DNA from: a virus
Taxonomy: Duplodnaviria; Caudoviricetes
Length of the DNA: 39,161 bases
Direction: 5' to 3' (one strand)
Virus record (IMG/VR): IMGVR_UViG_3300013767_000191
Coordinates: 1-39,161 of that record
Under the pieces are notes generated by a model. The model searched no databases. It was given only the letters and a program-made list of their open reading frames with translations, and was not told the DNA's origin. The position numbers and the translations under genes were made by a program. Below are positions 27,058 to 34,861 of the stretch, in pieces. Position 1 is the first letter of the stretch, and every line of letters begins with the position of its first letter.

Positions 27058-27365
27058 AGGGCGTCAGTCCTTTTCCCGTAGATCGAGCAGCCCGTTGAGC
27101 TGGGCAAGATTGGCGCGGGCCCACAGGCCGTAATCCTGGGCGTGGGCGAGGATGTCGGCCGGAGTGACTCCGCTTTCCAGTAGTTCGGCGTCAGAGCCGG
27201 GGGCGGGCCAGGCCGTTTTTTCAGCAGCGGAGGCAGCGGCGGCGGTTCTTGGGGCGGGCACGCCGAGGGCGGCGTTGAAGTCGCGCACCCAGCCAGCAGT
27301 GAACACGCAACGAGGAACAGGCTTAGCCGCAGCGCCGGGCGCCGGAATGTAGTGGGTCGAGACAT
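27048..27365 (-). CDS. Rz1-like outer-membrane lipoprotein spanin overlapping Rz
   Basis: MSRPTTFRRPALRLSLFLVACSLLAG-C lipobox, Pro-rich mature part, AGGAG SD. Confidence 0.65.
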   Translation of the reverse strand: MSRPTTFRRPALRLSLFLVACSLLAGCATSTPPSACPPQEPPPLPPLLKKRPGPPPALTPNYWKAESLRPTSSPTPRITACGPAPILPSSTGCSIYGKRTDALWM

Positions 27366-27678
27366 GGGGGATGCGCTCCTGGAGCTGACGTTTTTCTTCG
27401 GCGTGTTGGTCGATGGTGGCGTACAGCAGCGCCTCGGCTTCGTTGGCGCGGGCGACTTGCTGAAGCAACAGAAGGCGGCTTTCATTCGCCGCCGTCGCGG
27501 CCTTGTTTGCTTGTTGGCTTTTGAGGTCGGCCAGATCTGCATCGCCCAGCGATTTCGCGTACTGGAAGGCAAGCGTTGCGGCGGCTACGCCGCCGGCAAT
27601 CGCGCTGACCAGGCAGGCGAAAACGATGGCGAGTATTCGCGCCGAGCGCGGCCACACAATCGCCTCAAGCGCGGCCAT
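27064..27678 (-). CDS. Rz-like inner-membrane spanin
   Basis: N-terminal TM followed by a coiled coil, within the lysis cassette. Confidence 0.75.
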   Translation of the reverse strand: MAALEAIVWPRSARILAIVFACLVSAIAGGVAAATLAFQYAKSLGDADLADLKSQQANKAATAANESRLLLLQQVARANEAEALLYATIDQHAEEKRQLQERIPHVSTHYIPAPGAAAKPVPRCVFTAGWVRDFNAALGVPAPRTAAAASAAEKTAWPAPGSDAELLESGVTPADILAHAQDYGLWARANLAQLNGLLDLREKD

Positions 27679-27877
27679 GGCGTTGCCTCCGGCGGTTTCG
27701 GGATTTGCGGGCCCGGCGTTTGGCAGCGGCGGTGCCGGTCTTGCCTTGGCGGTAAAAGCGCACGTGCTGCGGGCCGCCCCACGTTCCGGCGGCGGCATAA
27801 GGGGCGGCCCAAGCGTGGCCGCCAAACAGGCTGGCCAGCAGCGCGCTGAATGCGCGGCCAAACAGGTTCAGTCTCAT
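27665..27877 (-). CDS. Small basic protein with a signal-like N-terminus (70 aa)
   Basis: ATGA-coupled to the holin. Ends AAKRRARKSRNRRRQRHGRA. Confidence 0.65.
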   Translation of the reverse strand: MRLNLFGRAFSALLASLFGGHAWAAPYAAAGTWGGPQHVRFYRQGKTGTAAAKRRARKSRNRRRQRHGRA

Positions 27878-28092
27878 TTGAGCGCCTCCTGATCCGGGCC
27901 CTGTTTGATCAGGCGGGCAATGAACAGAAGCAGAGCCAACCCGCTGTTGAGCGCTGCGTAAGCCTTGGGCGAAAGTTGCGCCTCCCACATCGGCAACAGT
28001 TCAAGTTGAGCCACGCCGAAGAACGCGATCAGCAGCCCGAGCTGGACGCTGTAGAGCTTGTAGCAACGGCGCCAATTGCTGATCAGCTTCAT
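27874..28092 (-). CDS. Holin (2 TM)
   Basis: MKLISNWRRCYKLYSVQ...ARLIKQ pattern, adjacent to the endolysin. Confidence 0.78.
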   Translation of the reverse strand: MKLISNWRRCYKLYSVQLGLLIAFFGVAQLELLPMWEAQLSPKAYAALNSGLALLLFIARLIKQGPDQEALK

Positions 28093-28589
28093 GCGGGCGC
28101 CCCCACAGTTTTGCCGTGAGTTGCGCCGCGTTCGATGCCCGCCAACATCAACCCATCCGCGATAATCGAATCGCCGTACCAATGGCCGCCTGGCAATGGG
28201 CCGATGCCGTTCTCATGCCGAATGATGGACTTGACCAGCGAGCGCATGACGTCAAAGTCATAGACGTCAACGCCTTCGAAGTTCGGCTCAAATCCAACGG
28301 CGCGGGCCACCGTCAAGACGTAGGCTTCGGTGTTGTTTTCGGTGGGCGGCGCCCAGCGCTCAATGATCTCGCGCACGGAGTCGATGCGGCTTCCGTCTGC
28401 GGCGAGGCGTTTGTCCTGATAAGTAATCAGCACTCGGGCAATTGCACGAATACCCCAGCGCGGGGCGGTGAACTGGACAAACTCACTGTCGCCTTGAGAG
28501 GCGGCCACGCCTTGCCAACGCACGCCTTTGGCGTGGCGAATGTTGCCGGGATTGAAGTTGCGGATTCCGCGAGGATTTTCGGGTCGCAT
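28089..28589 (-). CDS. Endolysin (RGIRNxNPGNI lysozyme-like family)
   Basis: RGIRNFNPGNIR, WAPPTENNT and IIRHENG. First gene of the late operon. Confidence 0.85.
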   Translation of the reverse strand: MRPENPRGIRNFNPGNIRHAKGVRWQGVAASQGDSEFVQFTAPRWGIRAIARVLITYQDKRLAADGSRIDSVREIIERWAPPTENNTEAYVLTVARAVGFEPNFEGVDVYDFDVMRSLVKSIIRHENGIGPLPGGHWYGDSIIADGLMLAGIERGATHGKTVGAPA

Positions 28590-28645
28590 GGGCGCCTCCT
28601 GTCACGGCGCCGCTGTTTTCGGGCGCCAGAAATACACACGCCGCC

Positions 28646-28692
28646 ATCATGGGCGGCGTGGTACAGGAGGGCTTTTAATCGAGTTTAAAGAG
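28646..28692 (-). promoter_or_regulatory. Late promoter copy 4 (lysis operon)
   Basis: 21-bp motif at 28672-28692, 20-bp spacer, CATGAT at 28646-28651 forming the loop of a 9-bp inverted repeat. Confidence 0.75.
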
Positions 28693-29284
28693 GTGTTAAC
28701 CGAACATTATCAGGTCGTGCGTCGATGTGAGGGTGATAGCTCTGTTGATCAGGCCCCCAATCGAAATATATACCCGTACTGGGCTCAGATAACCGAGCTG
28801 CCTGAGGCTCACTAATGGACAGATCAATCGCAATTAATTCATGAGGGGTCTTTTCGCCGACCAGTTTTGCGAAGATAACCAATTTGTATACGCCAGCCAG
28901 AAAGGCGAAGTTGGCACCGTCAGCGGGTAACATGAAGTGGTGATCAAAAGTAATACCTTCTTGCGGAATGAATAACCCACTACCTCTATGCAAGTCTCCT
29001 TTCTCGCCATAAACCCAGATGTTGAAATTTTGTTTGGATTCGTTTCTTTGTAACGCTACGTGAAGACTCTCAAGAACATGGCCTTTCTTCGCGGTGCTGT
29101 AGAGCAACGTGCGCAGATAGACTTTGTTCTTATTCCCGTCAAATTTCGACCCGTCCGGTCCAAAGAATATGGTCGTGGGCTGCGTCATTAAAAGCTGCCC
29201 CTTGTGGAAAAAGATTAGCCATGCAGTGGTGCCGGATATGATCAATGCTAGGCAAGAAATTGCGAAACTAAACCATGGGGCCAC
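28685..29284 (-). CDS. Accessory protein with an N-terminal TM; probable integron gene cassette
   Basis: Low GC. Begins GTTAGCC-ATTTAAGGAAGTCGCC-GTG directly after the attC R' box. Confidence 0.75.
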   Translation of the reverse strand: MAPWFSFAISCLALIISGTTAWLIFFHKGQLLMTQPTTIFFGPDGSKFDGNKNKVYLRTLLYSTAKKGHVLESLHVALQRNESKQNFNIWVYGEKGDLHRGSGLFIPQEGITFDHHFMLPADGANFAFLAGVYKLVIFAKLVGEKTPHELIAIDLSISEPQAARLSEPSTGIYFDWGPDQQSYHPHIDARPDNVRLTPL

Positions 29285-29300
29285 GGCGACTTCCTTAAAT

Positions 29301-29378
29301 GGCTAACGTGTAGGTTAGCGGGCAGGCTTTAGCCTGTCACGAGTGAGTGAGGTAAACGGTTTGAACTGCTTGTTAGGC
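29301..29378 (-). mobile_element. Integron attC (59-be)-like recombination site, 78 bp
   Basis: - strand reads GCCTAAC (R'') AAGCA GTTCAAAC ... CAGGCTAAAGCCTG ... CTAAC CTACAC GTTAGCC (R'), resembling Pseudomonas chromosomal-integron attC. Confidence 0.75.
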
Positions 29379-29408
29379 GTGACAATGAACGTTTTTTTTG
29401 ACTAGCCA

Positions 29409-29750
29409 TTACTTGAAGATTTTCATCAGAATATCGGCAACAGTAGCTATACCCACCATTGCAGCCACGGCAAATGAAGCCCATGTAGCTAAACGCTGCG
29501 AACGTTGTAATGTGAGAATCTTTAGCTCTGTATTGCGTCTATCGAGGTCGTGATATTCCCGAAAGAAACGCTCGGCTTCATGCCTTGCTGAGTGAAGACG
29601 GTGCTCGTCAGCGGCTAGTGCGTCTGGATCTCCGTAACCCGAGCCGGGTTGAAATAATTCGGAAGCAATCTGAGATGCGTACTCACTTGCGGATAACCAC
29701 CTTATACGTGCGGCCTCGACGTCGTTGTTGCTTTTTTGTAGTTCTGTCAT
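29409..29750 (-). CDS. Accessory hypothetical protein with a C-terminal TM
   Basis: 113 aa, low GC, ends ~30 bp before the attC R'' box. Confidence 0.65.
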   Translation of the reverse strand: MTELQKSNNDVEAARIRWLSASEYASQIASELFQPGSGYGDPDALAADEHRLHSARHEAERFFREYHDLDRRNTELKILTLQRSQRLATWASFAVAAMVGIATVADILMKIFK

Positions 29751-29849
29751 ATCAAGTCATTCCGCAAAACTGATTTTTGCCCACGCCAGCCAGCGAGCTA
29801 AAACTCTTACTTTGCTCGCCGGCAGCAACAAGGCTACCGCCTCGAAAAG

Positions 29850-30281
29850 CTATTGCCCTCTGATCCGCTTTTTAACAGCATCGCCGATCAACTTTAGCAG
29901 TTCGTCGCCGTTGAACAACCACCAGTCTTTGAACGCTGCCCAAGTACAAGAGCCAATCAACACCGTCGCGGCAGCGCAAACCCCCAGCTCGAGAAAGCGG
30001 TAGACGTTCATTACGGCCGCTTTATCTTGAATTTGGATCAGCATCCCCCAGGTAAACAGAACCGCCAGCACATACATCCCCAAGCGTTCATTCCATGCCC
30101 GATCTCTCAACGTTTCGCGGCAGTGCCTACAAATACTCGCGCTTCCTACAACCAAGCGCGTTTCACACCTTCCGCACGGTTTAACTGACAACTCTTTGAG
30201 CTGTTCAGGCGTCAGGTTCAGGGTCGGTTTTTCGTAGTAATCCCGCATTGCTACTCTGTTGTTTTGCCCTTCAACGCGCAT
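29850..30281 (-). CDS. Membrane protein with a CxxC-CxxC zinc ribbon, likely co-transcribed with the repressor
   Basis: CGRC...CRHC followed by two TM segments. GGGGAG SD. Starts 9 nt after the repressor stop. Confidence 0.78.
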   Translation of the reverse strand: MRVEGQNNRVAMRDYYEKPTLNLTPEQLKELSVKPCGRCETRLVVGSASICRHCRETLRDRAWNERLGMYVLAVLFTWGMLIQIQDKAAVMNVYRFLELGVCAAATVLIGSCTWAAFKDWWLFNGDELLKLIGDAVKKRIRGQ

Positions 30282-30290
30282 CTCCCCACC

Positions 30291-30722
30291 TCATTCCTTC
30301 GTAGTATGTAAATCCCTTCCCGCTACACGGTTACCTGAGCCAGACACTGTTGTTGTAGTTGTTGGCGCCTGTGCCCCCACGGCGCCGCCTGGCTCGCCCA
30401 AGATCATGCCGGCAAGCATTCGTTTCTTACTGGCCGCATCGAGGGCGCGGTATCCATCCAGCAGCATTTCCTCATCGGGCGCCAATTGCGGCTTTGCGGC
30501 CTGAACGCGTTCGCCGATCAAGACGTACTGCGCGTCCACGCCGATAACCAGCAGCTTCGCCACAAGATCGGCCGGACATTTTTGCCGGCCGGACACCACT
30601 TCTTTCAAGCGCTGCGGGCTTGGTTCGCCCGCCGCACGGGACGCTGCGGCCAGCGAAAGGCCGCAACGGTCAATTTCTTCGCGCAAGCGAAGGTGTAACT
30701 GTCCCACCAATTCTGTTGACAC
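30291..30722 (-). CDS. Prophage repressor (XRE/Cro-C1 HTH)
   Basis: RLREEIDRCGLSLAAASR...GVDAQYVLIG and LAPDEEMLLDGYRAL. Divergent from the ner-like gene. Start uncertain (GTG 30722). Confidence 0.85.
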   Translation of the reverse strand: MSTELVGQLHLRLREEIDRCGLSLAAASRAAGEPSPQRLKEVVSGRQKCPADLVAKLLVIGVDAQYVLIGERVQAAKPQLAPDEEMLLDGYRALDAASKKRMLAGMILGEPGGAVGAQAPTTTTTVSGSGNRVAGRDLHTTKE

Positions 30723-30744
30723 GGTGTAAATATCCCACCAATAT
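30692..30744 (+). promoter_or_regulatory. Early promoter with two operator repeats
   Basis: TTGACA (30716-30721), 17 bp, then CAATAT (30739-30744). Repeats GGTGTAAmTrTCCCACCAAT at 30692-30711 and 30723-30742 (18/20 identical). Confidence 0.75.
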
Positions 30745-30789
30745 GAATCAAACAAACAGCAATCATCTTTGCATCACAGGAGCCACACC

Positions 30790-31002
30790 ATGGCCACCCA
30801 TGCCAAAGCCCTAACCGCCGACCAGGTGAAAGAAAACTTCCGCCGGGTAGGCAAAACCATCACCGACTGGGCTACCGAAAACGGCTACACCCGTAACGAG
30901 GTGTACCGCGTCCTCAACGGCCAAGCCAAAGCCAACTACGGCAAGGCGCATGAAATCGCCGTGAAGCTCGGCCTCAAACCGTCAGCAGCGATGGCAGCCT
31001 AA
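30790..31002 (+). CDS. Ner/Cro-like DNA-binding protein (BcepMu gp16-like)
   Basis: GKTITDWATENGY...VYRVLNG...GKAHEIAVKLGLK. AGGAG SD. Confidence 0.88.
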   Translation: MATHAKALTADQVKENFRRVGKTITDWATENGYTRNEVYRVLNGQAKANYGKAHEIAVKLGLKPSAAMAA

Positions 31003-31005
31003 TGG

Positions 31006-31245
31006 TTACCTCGCAGCGGAAGTACGGCGAGCGTCTCGCGCTTCGACCAACTGATCGCACAGCCAGGCGAGTGTTTTCGTTGCCTCGGCCTCAATCGGTT
31101 GGCCCGGCCACTGAACGGGACGCAGGGCCTGATCAATGCGCCCCGGCGTCACCACCCCCTCAACCTCAAGAATCGCGGCAAGGCGTAACCAGCCCTGCGC
31201 CAGCGCGTTCACTTGCGCCTCTAGCCTTTCAATACGGTCGGTCAT
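31006..31245 (-). CDS. Small hypothetical protein antisense to the early operon
   Basis: 79-aa amphipathic ORF filling the gap after the ner-like gene. Confidence 0.55.
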   Translation of the reverse strand: MTDRIERLEAQVNALAQGWLRLAAILEVEGVVTPGRIDQALRPVQWPGQPIEAEATKTLAWLCDQLVEARDARRTSAAR

Positions 31246-31357
31246 TTCTCATGTCCACGTTTGCGAATGTACCCCAAAAATTTGCACCCGCTGTAATCCT
31301 TTTGCCTATGTGCAAAACGGTTTTTTGTTTGGAAGACGTCCGGCTGAGGGCATTCCA

Positions 31358-31837
31358 ATGAACCGCCGCCGCTGGAAGAACGCGCAGCCAACGTCCCTGC
31401 GCCACGCCCTTGAGCTGTGCAAGGACTTTGCGAAGGAAGCGCACAACAAAGGAGTGGATCGGATCGCGGATGAAATGGGCGTCGCGGATCACTGGTCAGT
31501 CTACAAATGGTTACAAACTGGCCGCATGCCGGCCAACCTGATCCGCCCCTACGAACGCGCCTGCGGCTGTGATTACGTCACCCGGTGGATCGCCGCCAGC
31601 GCCGGTCAATTGACCATTGCTATTCCCACAGGCCGGCACTGCACCGCGCAGGACACCCAAGCCCTGCAAGAGCTACTCACAACGGCGGCCGGCAAGTTAC
31701 TGGCGTTCTACGCGCAGAACTGCGACGCCGATGAGGCGTTGGCCGCCATTCAGGCTGCGATGGAAGGCCTCGCCTGGCACCGAGGCAACGTCAGCCAGAC
31801 CCAAACCCCACAACTCGAACTTGAGGAGCGGCCATGA
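31358..31837 (+). CDS. Early regulatory protein (CII-like HTH)
   Basis: VDRIADEMG...VYKWLQTGRMP HTH-like segment. GAGG SD. Confidence 0.75.
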   Translation: MNRRRWKNAQPTSLRHALELCKDFAKEAHNKGVDRIADEMGVADHWSVYKWLQTGRMPANLIRPYERACGCDYVTRWIAASAGQLTIAIPTGRHCTAQDTQALQELLTTAAGKLLAFYAQNCDADEALAAIQAAMEGLAWHRGNVSQTQTPQLELEERP

Positions 31838-32136
31838 AGCGCACCGCATCCAGCGCGGGCCGTGTCCTGCGTGTTCTTAAAGCATTGAAGGGCCACACGG
31901 TCACGGGACTCAGCAACGCCGAGTTGGCTCAGTTGGCCGGCGACAGTCCGAGCAACGTCACTCGGGCGGTGCAAGTCCTGATCGAAGAAGGCCTAGCGGT
32001 GAAGCTCGACAACGGCCGCTTCGCCCACTCCATCGCGCTACTGCAAATCGCCCAGGCGCACGCCGAACACATGGCCCGCCTGACCGGGCGCCTACATGAA
32101 ATCAATCAGCGGGTTGCCGCTGGCTCGACGATCTAA
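31834..32136 (+). CDS. Winged-HTH (IclR-like) DNA-binding protein
   Basis: RVLRVLKAL...LSNAELAQ...SNVTRAVQVLIEEG. Confidence 0.82.
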   Translation: MKRTASSAGRVLRVLKALKGHTVTGLSNAELAQLAGDSPSNVTRAVQVLIEEGLAVKLDNGRFAHSIALLQIAQAHAEHMARLTGRLHEINQRVAAGSTI

Positions 32137-32146
32137 GGAGAACCCC

Positions 32147-33082
32147 ATGGGACGTGAAAAAATCCAACCCGTAGAAGTCACTGACCTGCCGGTTTTGGAC
32201 GGCGAAATGTTGACGGGTAACCAGAACGCAATGGCAACCCTCCAGGCGTCGCACAGCGATGAGCGGGACATGGTCAATCAGTTGCTGGGGCAAGCTCAAA
32301 TGGCCGGTGCCTTTGAGGAATTTTCCCGCACGGTGCGGACTTCCAAATTGGCCTTCGTCAAGGAAAACAAGCTCTACCGGGCAATTGCCGGGCGTAAAAG
32401 TCCGCACGGTGCGGAAATTTTGAACGGCACCTGGGACGAGTTCTGCGCCTTGCTGGGCCGCTCGGTTGACCAGGTAGACCGGGACATTGCGAACCTTCGG
32501 ACGTTCGGCGAGGAAGCGCTCGATTCGATGTCACGCATGGGTATCGGCTACCGCGAGCTGCGCCAGTACCGCCGCCTTCCACAAGACGAACAGGCGGCGC
32601 TGATTGAGGTGGCCAAAGCCGGCGACAAAGACGCGTTTCTTGACCTTGCTGAAGAGGTCATCGCCAAACACGCCAAGGAAAAGGAAGCGCTGACTCAGCG
32701 TCTGGATGACGTCAACGCTGACTATGAAGCCCAGGGCGAAGTCATGGCGAAGAAAACCAAGGAACTGGACAGCGCCAAGCAGGAGCTGGAGAAGCACCGT
32801 AAACGCATTCAAACCGCCACGCCGGATGAGGTCATTAAAGACCTGCGCGCCGAGGTTGTAGGCCTCCAGTTTGAAGTCGAGTCCAAGATTCTCGGTGAAC
32901 TGCGTAACGGTTTTTCTCAGATGGCCGAACACGGCACCGCGAATGGGGAAGACCACCGGAGTTATCAGGCGGCTTTGATCCGTCAATTAGAGGTCACCCT
33001 CGCCGCCGTCCGCAGCGAATTCAACCTGCCCGAACACGTCGAGGGCAGCGCCCCCGTGTGGATGACGGCGGCCGAGGCCTAA
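32147..33082 (+). CDS. DUF3102-type coiled-coil protein preceding the transposase
   Basis: KLAFVKENKLYR...TWDEFC...LG. AAGGAG SD. Synteny with B3-like phages. Confidence 0.75.
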   Translation: MGREKIQPVEVTDLPVLDGEMLTGNQNAMATLQASHSDERDMVNQLLGQAQMAGAFEEFSRTVRTSKLAFVKENKLYRAIAGRKSPHGAEILNGTWDEFCALLGRSVDQVDRDIANLRTFGEEALDSMSRMGIGYRELRQYRRLPQDEQAALIEVAKAGDKDAFLDLAEEVIAKHAKEKEALTQRLDDVNADYEAQGEVMAKKTKELDSAKQELEKHRKRIQTATPDEVIKDLRAEVVGLQFEVESKILGELRNGFSQMAEHGTANGEDHRSYQAALIRQLEVTLAAVRSEFNLPEHVEGSAPVWMTAAEA

Positions 33083-33085
33083 GCC

Positions 33086-34861
33086 ATGAACCCGGTACAG
33101 ATCCAGCAGTTGGCCCAAATCGCCCAACGCGCCGAAAACGCCCCGCACGGCCAGCGTACCGCCGTCTATCAGGCGGGCGCGGCCGAGCTGGGTGTGTCCC
33201 TTCAAACCCTACAGCGCAAGCTGAAGGAAGTTCGCGTAGCAAAACCGCGCAAGCGCCGCAGTGACGCGGGTTGCAGCGCGCTGCCGATTGAAGAAGCCCG
33301 GATGATATCCGCCGTGTTGTTGGAGTCGATCCGCGCCAACAACAAACAGTTGTCCACTATCGAGCGGGCCGTAGAACGGCTGCGCAGTAACAACCTGATC
33401 GCGGCCGGCCGGTTGGATGAGCAAACGGGAGAATTCCGCCCGTTGACCAGCAGCGCGATTAACCGGGCATTGCGCGCCTACAAATTGCACCCCGAGCAAC
33501 TGTTGCACGACGCCCCGGCGGTTTCACTGGCCAGCAAGCACCCCAACCACGTTTGGCAGGTGGACGCGTCAATCTCGACTCAGTTCTATCTGGCGGGTGA
33601 CGGGGCGCGGGCGATGAACAAGGCCGAGTTTTACGACGGCAAACCCGGCAATCTCAAGAAGATCGAGCGTCAGCGGCTGTGGCGGTACGTGATCACCGAT
33701 CACACCAGCGGCACCCTTTACGTTGAGTACGTCCTCGGCGCCGAATCGGCCGAGAACCTGTGCAACGTCCTGATCAACGCCATGCAGAAGCGAGGCGAGT
33801 CAGACCCGTTCCACGGCGTGCCGTGGATGCTGATGACCGACCCCGGCGCGGCGATGACCAGCGGCATTTTCCGCAACCTCTGCCGCGCCATGTCCATCGA
33901 CCTGATCATCAACCAGGTGGGAAATGCGCGGGCAAAGGGTCAAGTTGAGCAGGCGCACAACATCGTCGAGCGGGAGTTTGAAAGCGCCCTCAAGTTTCAG
34001 GCGGCTGAAAGCCTGGAGCAGATCAACGCGTGGGCCGGAAAGTGGATGCGCTATTTCAACGCCACTTCCATTCATACCCGCACCCGGCGCAGCCGGTACG
34101 GCGTCTGGCAACTGATTCGGCAGGAACAATTGCGCCTGGCCCCCAGCGTTGGGGTGTGCCGCGAACTGGCGGTTAGCACGCCGGAGTACCGCAAAGTCAG
34201 CAACCTGCTGCGCGTCTCGTTCCGTGGCGCGCAGTTCGATGTCAGCCCGGTGCCGGGCGTGATGGTCGGCGAAAAACTGCTGATCACCCGCAACTGCTGG
34301 CGTGACAAGGACACGGCCATTGCCGTGTTGGTGGGAGACGACGGGCGTGAAAATTATCACGTCATCGAGCGAATCGGGGTGGATGAATTCGGCTTCGCCG
34401 AAACCTCCGCCACCATCGGCGAAACCTACAAGCGCCACGCCGAAACGCCGGCCCAACTGTCGCGAAAAGTGCTGGAGCAAATCGCAACCGGCACCACTAA
34501 TCAGGCGGACGCAGAGGCGGCCCGCAAGGCCAAGGCCGTTCCGTTCGGCGGCCTGATCGATCCGCACAAACACGTTACCGACACCGTGCTGCCGGCCTAC
34601 ATGCCACGGCGCGGTACCAGCCTTGACGTCAACGCCCCAACTGTCGAAGTTGCCCCACTCAGCCACGTCGAAGCCGCGAAGCTTCTGCGCCCGCGCCTGG
34701 GCAACCTCTGGACGGCGGAAACGTTCGGTTGGCTACAGCAGCGTTACCCGGAAGGAGTTCCCGAAGAGCAGCTCGACGCCGTCGAGGCTGAGCTGAAACG
34801 ACCCGTTGAGGTCATGCGCAAACCGTTCAGCCTGGTGCTGGCAGCGGTTGGAGGTGAGTGA
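33086..34861 (+). CDS. DDE transposase A (integrase-core)
   Basis: HPNHVWQVDAS, MTDPG and NARAKGQVE catalytic motifs. RKRRSDAG. Confidence 0.95.
   Translation: MNPVQIQQLAQIAQRAENAPHGQRTAVYQAGAAELGVSLQTLQRKLKEVRVAKPRKRRSDAGCSALPIEEARMISAVLLESIRANNKQLSTIERAVERLRSNNLIAAGRLDEQTGEFRPLTSSAINRALRAYKLHPEQLLHDAPAVSLASKHPNHVWQVDASISTQFYLAGDGARAMNKAEFYDGKPGNLKKIERQRLWRYVITDHTSGTLYVEYVLGAESAENLCNVLINAMQKRGESDPFHGVPWMLMTDPGAAMTSGIFRNLCRAMSIDLIINQVGNARAKGQVEQAHNIVEREFESALKFQAAESLEQINAWAGKWMRYFNATSIHTRTRRSRYGVWQLIRQEQLRLAPSVGVCRELAVSTPEYRKVSNLLRVSFRGAQFDVSPVPGVMVGEKLLITRNCWRDKDTAIAVLVGDDGRENYHVIERIGVDEFGFAETSATIGETYKRHAETPAQLSRKVLEQIATGTTNQADAEAARKAKAVPFGGLIDPHKHVTDTVLPAYMPRRGTSLDVNAPTVEVAPLSHVEAAKLLRPRLGNLWTAETFGWLQQRYPEGVPEEQLDAVEAELKRPVEVMRKPFSLVLAAVGGE

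Noticed and set aside
6767-28692. 21-bp repeats as CRISPR repeats or transposase end sites
   Set aside because: They are dispersed kilobases apart, internal, and in fixed geometry to -10 hexamers and operon starts.
30171-30180. Partial match TCCGCACGGT to the DUF3102 palindrome
   Set aside because: It is only 10 bp, not palindromic, and compatible with chance.
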